Assembly: GCF_009914755.1 (NCBI RefSeq)
Contig: NC_060925.1
Source of the DNA: the human T2T-CHM13v2.0 reference genome, Homo sapiens
Strand: one strand, 5' to 3'
Length of the DNA stretch: 64,000 nt
The translations under genes were made by a program, and so were the position numbers. Every line of letters begins with the position of its first letter. Positions within the stretch are counted from its first letter, which is position 1. Below the pieces are notes generated by a model, which was not told the origin of the DNA, ran no database searches, and was given only the letters and a program-made list of their open reading frames with translations. Positions 13,225 through 26,055 of this stretch are shown piece after piece.

Positions 13225-13521
13225 CGCTGGCTCATGCCTGAATCTCAGCAGTTAGAGAGGCTGAGGCAGGAGGATCACTTGAGCCCAGGAGTTTGAGGCT
13301 TGCCCGGGCAACATAATGAGACCTCATCTCTACAAAAAAATAAACTTAAAAAAATTTAGCCCCGTGCAGTGGCATGCATCTCACCCTGGGGGGCTGAGGT
13401 GGGAGGATCACTTGAGCCTAAGGAAGATAGAGCTGGCAGTGAGCTATGATCACGCTACAGCACTCAATCCTGGACGACAGAGTGAGACGCTGTCTCAAAT
13501 TAAAAAAAAAAAAAAAAAAAA
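13225..13521 (+). mobile_element. Alu (AluJ-like)
   Basis: Alu dimer with poly(A) at 13502-13521. Confidence 0.88.
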
Positions 13522-13984
13522 GGAAACTCATCAGAGAACCTGGGAGGGAGGGTGGGGTGCTGCCAGTTTAGGCGCTGCCCAGTGGCTTCAGCGGCTCCCT
13601 GTGGGAACCCACTTTCCTGACTGCCCTCCCCTGGATGCCAGGCATGTGATGATCTGAGACAGAATGGCCTGGGGCCTGGCTGTTGTGCTGGGGTCACTGT
13701 GGGTCTCACACCGTTGCTCCTGACCTCTGCACGTGTGGCCCCTGAGGTCCATAAGTGAGCAGTCCCACTCAAGCAGCTCCCACTGCACCCATCCAGGGCC
13801 AGTGGGGTGAGATTCAGAGTCTGGAGGATCCCTGGGCTCTGCCCATTTGAGATCTTTGGGAATGACCAAGTCTAATGGGAATGACAAGTGTGTCAGGAGA
13901 TAGGACTGTGACACCCAAACATCTTGGCTGTGGGTTTATGTGGGAAGGCACAAGAAGCTGGGTAGGACGTTCATCAATTAGAAT

Positions 13985-14140
13985 AAGGGTTTGGAGTCAG
14001 GCGCACCCGGCTACAGCCTTTTATAGGTTATGTGACCTTGGAAAGATCACTTAACCTCTCTGAGCCTCTATTTCCCAATCTGGGAAGTGGGGATAATTAT
14101 AGACACCCCCCCTCCTCCACACAGGGTTATTGTTAGATTT
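13985..14140 (+). mobile_element. MIR SINE
   Basis: Core tgtgaccttgg...cacttaacctctctgagcctc..tttccc.atctg. Confidence 0.7.
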
Positions 14141-14229
14141 AGATAGGCTGGGGGCTTGGTGGGAGTTTTGTAAGCTGTTAAGTGCTTTGCACAGGTGGGA
14201 GTCCCTGACTCCCTTGGTCACCCCTGCAG

Positions 14230-14378
14230 CTGCTGGACATCGCCGGGAATCAGCTCACAGAGATCCCCGAGGGGCTCCCCGAGTCACTTGAGTACCTGTA
14301 CCTGCAGAACAACAAGATTAGTGCGGTGCCCGCCAATGCCTTCGACTCCACGCCCAACCTCAAGGGGATCTTTCTCAG
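14230..14378 (+). CDS. PODN: Podocan exon 9 (LRR)
   Basis: ctgcag|CTG; [49 protein letters not shown]; donor AG|gtagga; 149 nt. Confidence 0.96.
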
Positions 14379-15482
14379 GTAGGAGCCCACTCGCGGCCCT
14401 GTACACACCCCCGTGGGGCCCACCCTGGCTCCAACGGGACAGTTGATGCACGTGGGAACAGCTTGGCTCCACTGCTGCCTGTGTAACCACGGCTCAGATC
14501 TCAAGGGTGGGGACAGTCCTGGCCAGGCCCGATATGGTTCCTAGGTTTGTAAAAGGGCTTTGGAAACGTTAGAAGCCAGTGCGCATGGGCGTTGTGAATG
14601 TTACTGTGGCAGAAAGGATGCTGGACAGCATCTTCCTGGTTTGCAGCTGAGAGAGCTGAGGCCCTGAGAGCACAGGTGACTGCTGTGTCTGCAGCCATCC
14701 AGGCTGGGTCCGGGCCTCACACTCAGGAATAGATGTTCAGGCCCTCCCTGGCTTCTGGGGCTAAGAGATGGGGATTTGGAGTGATTCGGGGGATGCAGCT
14801 CCCTGAGGATATGAGGGGCTTCCATGCAGCAGAGCCAGGGTGGTTCTTCCCAGCACTTCCCACAATCCCTGCCCCCAAATCAGAGAGAAGGAGACAAGGC
14901 AGAGATGAGTGTGCTCCCAGGAGCTCGGTTGCCCAGAAAGCCCTGGGCTCGATGATATCAGGGTGGCTTGACATGTGCCTCAGGCATCTGCAGGGTAGCT
15001 GAAGCACAGAGAGTGAGTGGCCTGAGATCAGAGCCACAGCCTCCACCTTTCCACCCCTGAGTGTGGCCCTGGCCTGGCTCAGCGCTGGCCTTGCCTTTGT
15101 GCCACTCCACATCAGGCACTGCGGTGACCCCTGGCTACCGCAGCCCAGGAGCCTCAGGCCTTGGGGTTAATGCCAGGGATGGCATAGAGACAGCTCCCAA
15201 AGTTGTGGCTTCCAAAATAGCAGTGAGAGTGTGCGCAGAGAGAGACCCCTCACTTTGCAGAGACTGGCCCAGAGCCAGCCCCACCACAAGCTGCAGCTGC
15301 CCTGACCGGCCTGTACCTTCCATCATGTACTGCGCTCTCAGCCCCTGGCCTTTCCCGCCTGCTGCACCACTTTCCGGGAGGGCCATTCCCTCCCCTGTTA
15401 CCTTCTGGAGAGGCCAGTCGGGGGAAGGGAGGGTTCCTTGGGGGTTGGGCTCCTGGCATTGACTGCCTCGATGCTCACACAG

Positions 15483-15663
15483 GTTTAACAAGCTGGCTGT
15501 GGGCTCCGTGGTGGACAGTGCCTTCCGGAGGCTGAAGCACCTGCAGGTCTTGGACATTGAAGGCAACTTAGAGTTTGGTGACATTTCCAAGGACCGTGGC
15601 CGCTTGGGGAAGGAAAAGGAGGAGGAGGAAGAGGAGGAGGAGGAGGAAGAGGAAACAAGATAG
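15483..15663 (+). CDS. PODN: Podocan exon 10 coding part: last LRR, poly-Glu tail, stop
   Basis: cacag|G TTT AAC; [28 protein letters not shown]...EEEEEETR*; TAG at 15661-15663; exon continues to donor TAG|gtatgt after 15690. Spliced CDS totals 613 aa + stop. Confidence 0.96.
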
Positions 15664-16139
15664 TGACAAGGTGATGCAGATGTGACCTAGGTATGTGGCC
15701 TGTATGGGGCAGCACTCACTTCTGCTCCCTGCATTTTCCCCTTCCTGACCCTGGTAGAGGGTCTTTCTGTCCATTCTTCACCCTCTCGCCTCTGCTTCAT
15801 CCACCCATTTAGCAAATTTATAAGAGCACTTGGGATGTACCAGGCCGTGGGTGAAAGGTTGAAGCCTACGGGAGGCCCACACCTTCCAGAAGATTCTCAC
15901 CCAGCATGAGGGTGCTGTCACGGGAGTGACCGGGGGGCACTGGACATGTGGGTCGGGGCTCAGGAGTGAGGTCTGGTCTGGAGAGAGGGATCCAGGCATT
16001 GTTAGCCTTGAAACAATCACTCAAGCTGCAGGGGGCTGGGGAAGCTTGCCATGGGAGAGTGAGTGAGGGGGGCAGGTGACTGAGACAGAGCAGTTAGGAA
16101 AGGAGGTAGGAAAACCCCAGACTGCCGTGGGCAGAGGGC

Positions 16140-16480
16140 ATTTGCACATGTATGTAACACAGGCACCTACATGTGCACATGCACACAAATGCACACGGAT
16201 GCACCAACACACATACATTCATGTGCACACACGTCTCAACATGTACACACATCCACAAACCATGCACAGGCAGAACACACACACCACACACATGCACACA
16301 GACACACATACATGCTTGTACCCCATGACACATTTGCATGCCTAGACTATGTACATACGTGCACACACGTGTGTACATGCATGTGAGTACATGCACACAA
16401 AACACCCATGCGTACCCACGTATACGGGCCCTTACATGCACACCTGCATGCACACATGTACACATGATGCGTGCATGCAC
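16140..16480 (+). repeat. CA/TG-rich low-complexity repeat (CACATG-like)
   Basis: Alternating purine-pyrimidine tgcacacatgtacac units. Confidence 0.85.
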
Positions 16481-18014
16481 AGGCCTGTCTAGAAGTGGGG
16501 ACTTGGCTGTGTCAGTGCTGCTGAGGGGCTGAGGGAACTGAGCACTGAGGGAGCTGACCACTGCGGAGCGCCCACTGGATTTTTCCACCTGGAGGCTGTC
16601 TGTGACTTTGTAGCAGCAGGGGAAGCTGGGATGAGAAGAGCAGCTGGAAAGGAAGTGGGTCCAGGCACTGCAGACCAGCCTTTTGAGAAGTTTGGCTGTG
16701 AGAGATGAGAGAGGGCAGAGGTGGGAATGGAGTGTGAAGTTCAGGAAACGCTCATTTTCTGAGCCTCACAGGAAGCAAAGGCCTCTCGAGGGGAGCCCTG
16801 TGTGAGGGGCTCTGGCAAGATGCCCCGACACACACATGCATCTTCCACACGCACCCTCTTAAAGGAGGGGGCTGGCTTGGGTGCTGGTGGGAAGAGGCTG
16901 GCCTGGAGGGGGAGTCACCGATGTAGGAAAGAGCTGGCTTTGAGGGCCCCTGTGGGAATGGTAGAAGTTGCTGGCTTTAGCAGGAGGAACAAAGGGCAGG
17001 GTGGCTGCTGTCACAGGCAGATTGGTGGCTTGGTGGCCAGATGTGAAGCCATGTCAGCCGGATGCCTCCAGTCTTCCGTTTTCTCTGTGCAGCAGGGAGG
17101 TTCTCCGCAGACCAAAGGTATGGAGAAAATGGACAGGTGGATCCACCCACAGCTGAGTTTTTCAGCCAAGAGTTCAGGACAGGAGGGCAAGGAACAAGGG
17201 AGTGTGTTGGCCGGAGGCTGGCTGCAGGCATGGGTCCTGGGGTCAGGTTGGGTAGGGAAGGAGGTGCAGATAGGAGGGCTGGTGGGCAGGGACTCAGAGA
17301 AAGACATTGGAGAGGAGCCAGGAGCGGCTGTGTGGTCGGAGGAGAGAGGAGAGCTGGTGAGGAGTGAGCCAGGCTGGGGGTCACAGGGCCAGGACGTAGC
17401 CGTGGGAGGGGCTGCCGGGCCACTGTTGAGTGTTGACTGAAGTAGGGCCTGGGACGAAGAGGAACCAGAGGGGGCTGTTGAGGGCCACTTGGGTGGGTGA
17501 CAGAGGGAGCTGGGAGAAGGGCGCAAGTTGATGGTGAGAGAAGAGTGTGCACAGAGTTGGGTATCCGCAAGTGTGGAGGGGCTGGCAAGAGGCTGAGCTT
17601 GGGGGTCACCTTCCCCAGCTCCCAGGGCCCGGGAGTATGAAGGTAGAGCTGGTTCTCTGAGGTGTTGTCCTCACACAGAGTTGGGGTGGGTGACAGGGTG
17701 ACTGGCCATCCAGTGGGGACACCACAGCCCTCATGAGGGGCTGTGGAGTCCTGGGGTGGGTGAGAATCTGCCCCATCTCAGGTCAGTTGAGTGGGGCTCT
17801 GGGAGAAGCCCTGGGGAGTGGCTGGTGGGACCCAAAGGCCTTCTGGCACCCCGCTGGCTCTGGGCTCCCAGGGCCAACGCTCCCTCCCTACTCATAGTAG
17901 CCTGGCCTTTCCAGAGCCCCCTCCAGCAGGGCTCCCCACAGCAGGTCCCCTCAGGCTGCTTGGGCTGGTGGGTCTGCCCTGAGCTGGCCCCTGACTCTCT
18001 TACATGTTCCACAG

Positions 18015-19000
18015 GATGATGGACCGCCGGACTCTTTTCTGCAGCACACGCCTGTGTGCTGTGAGCCCCCCACTCTGCCGTGCTCACACAGACACACCCA
18101 GCTGCACACATGAGGCATCCCACATGACACGGGCTGACACAGTCTCATATCCCCACCCCTTCCCACGGCGTGTCCCACGGCCAGACACATGCACACACAT
18201 CACACCCTCAAACACCCAGCTCAGCCACACACAACTACCCTCCAAACCACCACAGTCTCTGTCACACCCCCACTACCGCTGCCACGCCCTCTGAATCATG
18301 CAGGGAAGGGTCTGCCCCTGCCCTGGCACACACAGGCACCCATTCCCTCCCCCTGCTGACATGTGTATGCGTATGCATACACACCACACACACACACATG
18401 CACAAGTCATGTGCGAACAGCCCTCCAAAGCCTATGCCACAGACAGCTCTTGCCCCAGCCAGAATCAGCCATAGCAGCTCGCCGTCTGCCCTGTCCATCT
18501 GTCCGTCCGTTCCCTGGAGAAGACACAAGGGTATCCATGCTCTGTGGCCAGGTGCCTGCCACCCTCTGGAACTCACAAAAGCTGGCTTTTATTCCTTTCC
18601 CATCCTATGGGGACAGGAGCCTTCAGGACTGCTGGCCTGGCCTGGCCCACCCTGCTCCTCCAGGTGCTGGGCAGTCACTCTGCTAAGAGTCCCTCCCTGC
18701 CACGCCCTGGCAGGACACAGGCACTTTTCCAATGGGCAAGCCCAGTGGAGGCAGGATGGGAGAGCCCCCTGGGTGCTGCTGGGGCCTTGGGGCAGGAGTG
18801 AAGCAGAGGTGATGGGGCTGGGCTGAGCCAGGGAGGAAGGACCCAGCTGCACCTAGGAGACACCTTTGTTCTTCAGGCCTGTGGGGGAAGTTCCAGGTGC
18901 CTTTATTTTTTATTCTTTTCTAAGGAAAAAAATGATAAAAATCTCAAAGCTGATTTTTCTTGTTATAGAAAAACTAATATAAAAGCATTATCCCTATCCC
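18015..19000 (+). other. PODN: PODN terminal 3'UTR exon (end approximate)
   Basis: Acceptor ttccacag|GATG at 18014. AT-rich end with variant poly(A) hexamers AATATA (18976-18981) and TATAAA (18978-18983). Confidence 0.75.
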
Positions 19001-20417
19001 TGCAGCCTGTGGCTATGTCTGTGCTTGCTTCCTGCCAGGTGCTGGCCTGGTGCCGGGTGGAGGGGGCAGGATACAAGCCCCTCAGCGCCCTGGCCAGAAC
19101 AGCAGACATCAGTGGAAAGTCCAGTTCTCGGGGCCCGCAGAGTAGCTGCACAGGCAGGCATCCTGGGAGAACAGGGCATAGCCTCAGGCGAGGGGGCCTG
19201 AGGTGTGTGCAGATGGCCCACTCGGGAATAGTAGGTGAGGCCTGAACCAGCACACGCGGCCTGTGAGCTTGCTGTGCATTCCCAGAGGTGGAGCATCCAA
19301 GCAAAGGACCTCATGGGCTTTGGGCCTGTTAAGGGCTCACCTGGAGGGTCATGGGTCACCTTTGCACTGACAGGGTGTTACTAGTGGGTTCTAGAGGAGA
19401 GCAGGGGACTGGAGGCAGGCCTGGGAGCTGGAGCAGAGCCGACTTGGGGGCCCAGGTCTCCGCAGACCTTTCCAGGAAAGAGCTAACAGATGCACCCAGT
19501 GTGCTTCCCACCCCAGTGGGAGAGCTGCCACCGGGAGGTGGTACCCAGCTCTGAGCTAAGAAGAGCCTCTGATGGGCAGAGCTGCCCCACTGTGGGTTGA
19601 GATGCTCGGGAAGTGGTGACCTCCCTGCTGCTGGAGGTGTGTAAGGATGCTCCTGCCAAGTCCACTAAAGAGCAGACTCCTGCCTTGTGCTGGGACAGAC
19701 TCGATTGCTCAAGGGGTCTTAGAGATGTGACACCTAGAAGGGGCTGCTAAGCTTGTCTGCATGAAGGTGGGATGACCGATTGCATGACATCTGACCTCTC
19801 CCAGGTGAGGAGGCCTCAGGGAAGGAAGGATGCTCTCGTGGAGGCCTGCAGCCCCCAGCCCTGCAGTGGGAGGAGGTGTCCTGGGGTCGTGCTCTTCCCA
19901 GACTCCTCACACTCCACCCCTGGGAGGAGGGTGGAAGGAGTTCAGGAATGGGGCAGTGGGAGCAGGTGCCCTCTTGACGCTGAGTGACCTGGGGGAGGCC
20001 TGTCCCCTCCCTGGGCCTTAGTGTCTTCAAGGGCATCATGGTGCAAGCCCCTCCAGACCCCAGAGCTGTATCTTCTCCCCAAGGCATATCTGGAACAGGC
20101 TGTGTTGCCAGGGCCCTTCTGTGTGCCCTGCAGGCCTCCTGGAGGCAGCCTGGGGTGTGAGAATGAGGGAGACCATCTGGAAATGTCCCTGGGCACGCCC
20201 CTGTCTAAAGCAAAGCATTCACCACGGGGAGCCAGACTGGGAAGGAAATCTGTTTCTTCTTTGGGGACTGATCTCAAGGCCCTGCCTGCAGAGCAGAGCC
20301 TAGACCATGGCAGAGAGGTCTGTCCACACTGGACGATGCCCAGCTGCCCTGTGGTTATTGAGACAGGCTCCTGGGTAGGCTAGCTTATACTCTGTCTTCT
20401 GCATGTGACAGCTCAGA

Positions 20418-20619
20418 TAGGACTGTCCTTACTGCAGCCACCAGGACAGGCTTCTCTGCACTCTGGCTGCCCATACAGGCCTGTCCACACACTGGCAGCC
20501 TAGACAGACCTGTCTACACTCCAGCCAAATGGACAAGCCTGTTAGATTCTGGCCACCTGCATAGGCCCGCCCATATCCTGGCTGCCCAGACAGGCCCGTC
20601 TGCACTCTGGCCGCCTGTA
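20418..20619 (+). repeat. Degenerate 29-bp tandem repeat, 7 copies
   Basis: Units start at 20418, 20447, 20476, 20505, 20534, 20562 and 20591; consensus ~CAGGCCTGTCTGCACTCTGGCTGCCCAGA. Confidence 0.8.
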
Positions 20620-20679
20620 TTAATTAGCCCAGTAGCTAATATCATATTTGCTGGCTAGCATAAGGTGTTGAAGCCCACA

Positions 20680-21510
20680 AGAAGTGAAAAACAAAATACC
20701 TTTATTTAGTTAACACTGAATTTGCAAACACAGAAAGGAATAGAAAACCTGACTCCACTTGGACGCACAGGCCTTTGGGGAGTTCTGACACCAGGGCCCC
20801 ATCGGCAGCTCCACCAGAGCATCCTGGCTGCACCTCCTTCCCGGAGTCCTGGCTTGCCTACCTATTCCATGGGAGGTTGGCCTGGATGTGTCAAGGGGGC
20901 CTTTCAGCTCTAGTAAAGACATCTGTCTCCACATCCAAGGAGCTTTGCAAAAGACACGTGGCAGGACAGGAGACTGGACGCACTGTGGCCTGGGGAAGGC
21001 AGCGGGGCTTGGCCCTGGGCTGCTCCCCTTGGGGAGAACTGTGTGGCTGAGGCCACCTGTTATGGGGTGGGGCCTGGGCCTGGACACAGCTGCAGGCTGC
21101 CCTGTCCTCCAAGAGGAGAGGCGGGGCTTGAAAGATTTGAGTTAGTGTCTTGACCTTAACGTGAGACCTTGGACAAGTGTTTTCAGCTCTCAGAGCCTCA
21201 AGTCTGTCATCCAGAAAGTGGGGCCGGATAACCCCTGCCTGCCGCCCTCACCGGGCTCACACCGGGGAAACTGTCACAGCGGGGCCTCAGGCAATGCCGG
21301 GCCCATCACTCCCTGGATGGGGCTCCCCCATGCAGCCTTTCCCTTCTCTGAGATACATTTTCCGTCAAGCGGGGTTAATTCCAGCCTCTCAAGGGTGAGA
21401 AGAATGTGTGATCCTGGCCCCTGCCGGCTGCTCAGGAGGGTTGGAGAGTCGAGTTCCTGCCTCAGGACCCTGCCCCTGGAGGCCTCACCTGCCCCTGCAG
21501 CTCCGCAGGC
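20680..21510 (-). other. SLC1A7: SLC1A7 3'UTR (end approximate)
   Basis: Follows the stop codon; canonical AATAAA on the minus strand at 20706->20701. Confidence 0.8.
20701..20706 (-). terminator. SLC1A7: SLC1A7 polyadenylation signal AATAAA
   Basis: TTTATT on the plus strand about 800 nt downstream of the stop, in AT-rich context. Confidence 0.8.
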
Positions 21511-21729
21511 TCAGACATTGGTCTCCAGCTCGCTGATCTGGATGGTGCAGTGGTTCAGACTCGCAGCGGGCAGCTCCTCATCCTGCTCCACTTGAACGGG
21601 GACGTGGTGGGGGCAGGTGGGGCCCAGGGTGAGCTCGGAGGCCTCGGCTACACTCTTCACACAGCCATTCTGCTGGGCTGCCACGATCTCCTGGAGGCTC
21701 ACTGGCTTGGTCTCGCAGGGCAGCAGTTT
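21511..21729 (-). CDS. SLC1A7: EAAT5 last coding exon (exon 11), C-terminal PDZ-binding motif
   Basis: ttcaccag|AAA; KLLPCETKPVSLQEIVAAQQNGC...QISELETNV*; TGA at 21513-21511. Confidence 0.96.
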   Translation of the reverse strand, partial: KLLPCETKPVSLQEIVAAQQNGCVKSVAEASELTLGPTCPHHVPVQVEQDEELPAASLNHCTIQISELETNV

Positions 21730-22378
21730 CTGGTGAAGGGAAACAGGTCTTTGTAGCAGCAGGAGGGACCAAGGTTAGATACGAGGGAGGACTGAGGGCC
21801 AGTGGGGCAGAATGAGCTCAGGGCTAGGAACCACAAGATGGATTTTCCTGCAGACACGCTGTGTGACCTCGGCAGGTCACGGCCTCCCTGGGCTCCTGTT
21901 CCCAAGCGTCCTGCCTCCCACTGGAGCTGGCTTAGTAGAGGAGGGGACTTAATCCACAGGGTCCATCTGGGGAATTGGTGGATCCCCTGCCTGACCTCAG
22001 CTTCTTCCCCATGATGTGGGGACAGCCTTCTCCATTTGCCTGTAGAAGGAGCCTGAAGCCCACACAGCCTGCACAGACCTACAAATGCTCACATGTTGGC
22101 TAAACTGGACAGACCATCCCGACACGAGGGCGGGAAATTTTATCATATCTTGTTCTACTGTTCCTCCTGTGTCTATATCAGCGCCAGCCACAGCGGGTGC
22201 TCAATAAATAGATGTTAGAGGAATCAGTCATTCTGTAACGGATGAGGAGACCGAGGCCCAGAGGCATGGAGGGAGGGATTGGCTGGAGGCTGCCGAGCTG
22301 GTTGGTGGAAGATCTGGTGCCCTGCCCACCCTGCGTGGCTCCACCCTCCTGGCAGCCTCTGGATCTCACTGCTCTCAC

Positions 22379-22481
22379 CTCGGTGCCTGTGTCCCGGGCA
22401 AAATCCTTCCGACATATATGGGCCATGATCCCCGCTGCCAGCGCATCACCCAGCACGTTAATCATGGTGCGGAAACGGTCC
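22379..22481 (-). CDS. SLC1A7: EAAT5 exon 10 (TM8)
   Basis: caccag|G GAC; DRFRTMINVLGDALAAGIMAHICRKDFARDTGTE; donor GAG|gtgaga; 103 nt. Confidence 0.96.
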
Positions 22482-22751
22482 CTGGTGAGCCAAGGTTGGG
22501 GGTGAGTGGTGGGCACTTGAAGGGGAGCTGGAAGAGGGCAGTGCTCAACCCAGCACAGTACAGCACGGCCGGTGACCAGCTGTCATGCAAAGCCTGCAGC
22601 CAGATGGCTTCCTGGCTCCTCCCAAGCCCACCCTTTGGCATCATTGAAGCAGCTTCTTGGCATGCAGCTGTGGGTTCCACAGGTCCCCATGCTTAGAAGG
22701 GTTAGGTTTGGTTTAATCCTCTGCTGTTTCTGTCTTGAAATTCTTTATAGG

Positions 22752-23077
22752 TTTGTTTTTTGTTTGTTTGTTTGTTTGTTTTTTGAGACAGAGTCTTGCT
22801 CTGTCACTCAGGCTGGAGTGCAGTGGCGCCATCTCGGCTTACTGAAACCTCCATCTCCCAGGTTCAGGTAATTCTCGTGCCTCAGCCACCTGAATAGCTG
22901 GGATTACAGGCACATGTCACCAGTCCCAGCTAATTTTTTCTTTTCTAATTTTTAGTAGAGATGGGGATTTTACTGTGTTGCCCAGGCTGGGCTCTGGAAT
23001 TCCTGGGCTCAAGGAATGCTCCTGCCATGGCCTCTCAAAGTTCTGGGACATATAGGCGTGAGTCATCATGCCTGGCC
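22752..23077 (-). mobile_element. Alu (AluJ-like) with (TTTG)n tail
   Basis: Reverse Alu: tttgagacagagtcttgctctgtc...catgcctggcc. Confidence 0.88.
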
Positions 23078-23300
23078 TTTACAGTTTTTGGACTGGGTTC
23101 CACATTTTCATTTTTGAACACTGGACCCCACAAATTATGCAGCCAGGCCTGTGCTAATGAGTAGGGCACTCCCACAGTGCCAAGCGGGGCAGTCCCCAGC
23201 CTTCTACCCTGGGGAAGGGACTCAGCCGCTCACCCTGATCCCTGCTGACCCTGAAGTCAGCCCCTCCCAGAGGGCTAGAGCTAGAGGCAAAGTCCACTCA

Positions 23301-23639
<339 letters not shown>

Positions 23640-24113
23640 TCAGGAGAATCCCTGGGAACTGTGCAAACACCTGTGTCTGGAGCTGTGCCTCTGTGGGTTC
23701 CAGGAAGCTATATTGCTATGGGGCTGCCCAGGGACTCTGACTGACCACCACATGGCTCTGCCTGCCTGCCTCTGGGGCCTGGCCTCCAGGGTCAGACCTG
23801 TGTGCTTGGCTGGGCTGTGAGGCCTCCGTCAGCCTCAGCCGCATCCCAGCACCCCTTCGTTGGCTCTTGCCACACGGGCGGCCTCTCCAAGGTCCTGAGT
23901 CCTGTCCCTGGCCTCCGCTCGCCCTGTGGCCACCAGCAATGCCCTCCCTCCTGGGCTGTCCTCCAGGCTCGGAGCTCCCAGCCCTGGCCCTCTGCCTGCT
24001 GTGCTCCGAGCCCAGGCTCGCTCGCTTCAGATACCCCTCAAGTCTGGGAGCCTGGGAATCCCCAAGGCCCCCAGCCCCCGCCCCATCCACCCAGGTGCAG
24101 TGTCAGGGTGCAC

Positions 24114-24308
24114 CTGATGGTGATGATCTGGCCAAAGTCCAGCTCGTAGTTGTTGACCTGGGCGATGAAGATGGCGGCCACAGCCTCGTAGAGCGCAGTG
24201 CCGTCCATGTTGATGGTGGCACCCACGGGCAGCACGAAGCGAGCGATGCGCCGGTCGATGTGGTTGTTCTCCAGCAGGCACTTGAAGGTGATGGGCAGTG
24301 TGGCTGAG
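24114..24308 (-). CDS. SLC1A7: EAAT5 exon 8 (HP1 end, TM7 NMDGT motif)
   Basis: ccgtag|C; [11 protein letters not shown]...[21 protein letters not shown]...IITI; donor AG|gtgcac; 195 nt. Confidence 0.97.
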
Positions 24309-26055
24309 CTACGGTTAGAGGGGCCGGTGTCTGCCCAGCACCCTCCTCCAGGATGGCTGGGGCCTCTGTCGGGAAGCTCACCCCTCCCCAGGCAGCCACC
24401 CCGCCAGGAGTGTTTGTGCCTCTGCAGCGCTGCTCCGGCAGGAGGTAAGGACCGCGGGCACTGCAGTGCTCTCACTTGGTTCTTCCTATGAGGGAGGTGT
24501 TTGGGTGCATTTTACAGATGAGGACGCTGACGCCCAGAGGGCGGGGCTGACCCATGTCACACTGCTGTGCCGAGGGATATGGAGGTCTGAGCAGCAGGGC
24601 CCTGGGCCAGGCTGTCTGGGCTTAGATTCCAGCCTCCTGTCAAGTGGTCCTGGCAAGTTCCTGAACCCTGTGCCTCAGCATCTTTGTCCCAAAAAGACCT
24701 GGGTCACAGAGCTACTAGGAGGATTAAACGACTACGGGCTTGGACAGCACCTGGCCCATTGTACCCACTCAGTCAATGGTGACCATGACTATTATTATTA
24801 CTATGTTTGTCATGAGAGTTCCCAGTGGCAGTGCTGGGACTAAAACAGGCCGGTGTGGCCCCTGTGTCTTCCTCTCCCCCGGGCCTCTGCCTGGAAGGCC
24901 GGTTCTACTCGCCAGAGCCTCTCAGGAGCTCCAGACCTGCTGGGCTTGAGGCTGCGGTTCCTGCTGGCAGGAGATGGCCAGGGGGCTGCTGGCTCTGGCT
25001 GGCTTGGCCCCTGGCATGGGAGCTGGCATGTTTGGGGCTTTGTCCTGCCCTCTGACCCCCTATCTGCGGGAGGGTGTTCCTGGCAATGGCTCCTGGGCTT
25101 TTCTTCACTGGGGTCTGCTCCTGAATCCTGCAGGAGGTGCATCTGCTGCCAGGGGTGGGTGTCATATGACTGCTGGGTACAGAGGCCTGCAGGGCATTTT
25201 ACAGATGGAAAAACTGAGACCCAAGTGAGGGCTAGAGGGAAGAGTGAGGCCTTCAGTGCCAGAAAGATGTGGCTTAAGTTCCTGCGACTCCCTTAATGTG
25301 GAGCTCAGACACTCGCCATGGGGAGAGCCAAACTGCCTTCACAGCACTAGATGCTCCATAAGGGACCACTTCCTTCCTGCCCCCTCCACCAACGACATGG
25401 TTTGCACAACTCTAAATTCCTGAGGTCTCTGCACTGGGCTGCGGTTTGGGATCCTTAAGGCCAAGTGCTGGTTCACCTGGCCCAGCCTGGCAAGGAGGGG
25501 CTCGACCTCCACTGCAACCCTGTGAGCTGGAAGCTGGAGTCTCCCCCAGTCTGTGCATGAGGAAAGCAATGCCCAGGCACAGCGAGTGAGTGACAGAGCC
25601 ATGGCTCAAGTCCCTGAGGTCTAGGGACACTGCCAAGGTTGTGACAGGGCACCCAGCCAGGACATCCCAGCGGCAGTGGACAGGCCGAGCTCCTAGAGCA
25701 ACACAGGGCCCGACTCCAGGAGAAGCACCTTGTGGGGCAAAAGGCAGCAGCAGTGCGTTGCCAATGTGATTTCCCACTGACTCTACTGTGCTGTCTGCCC
25801 TGGCGTGTCGAGGCCGCCCCCATGCGGACTCAGTGAGCTTGAGGACTGGGGCCGTGGGGGAAGGAGAGGCCTCGACAAAGGCCAAAAGTCCCCCACGTCA
25901 GTCTTGTTACCCCAGCACCAGCCGTCCCCGCATTTGTGAGGTGGGCCACACTGGCGTTTTGGTGGTTCTGTGGCTATGAACCAATGATGGCTGGACAGAC
26001 GGACAGGGCTCAGCCCCTCCCAGCTCCCCACCGTCCTGCCCGTCCCCGGGGCTAC

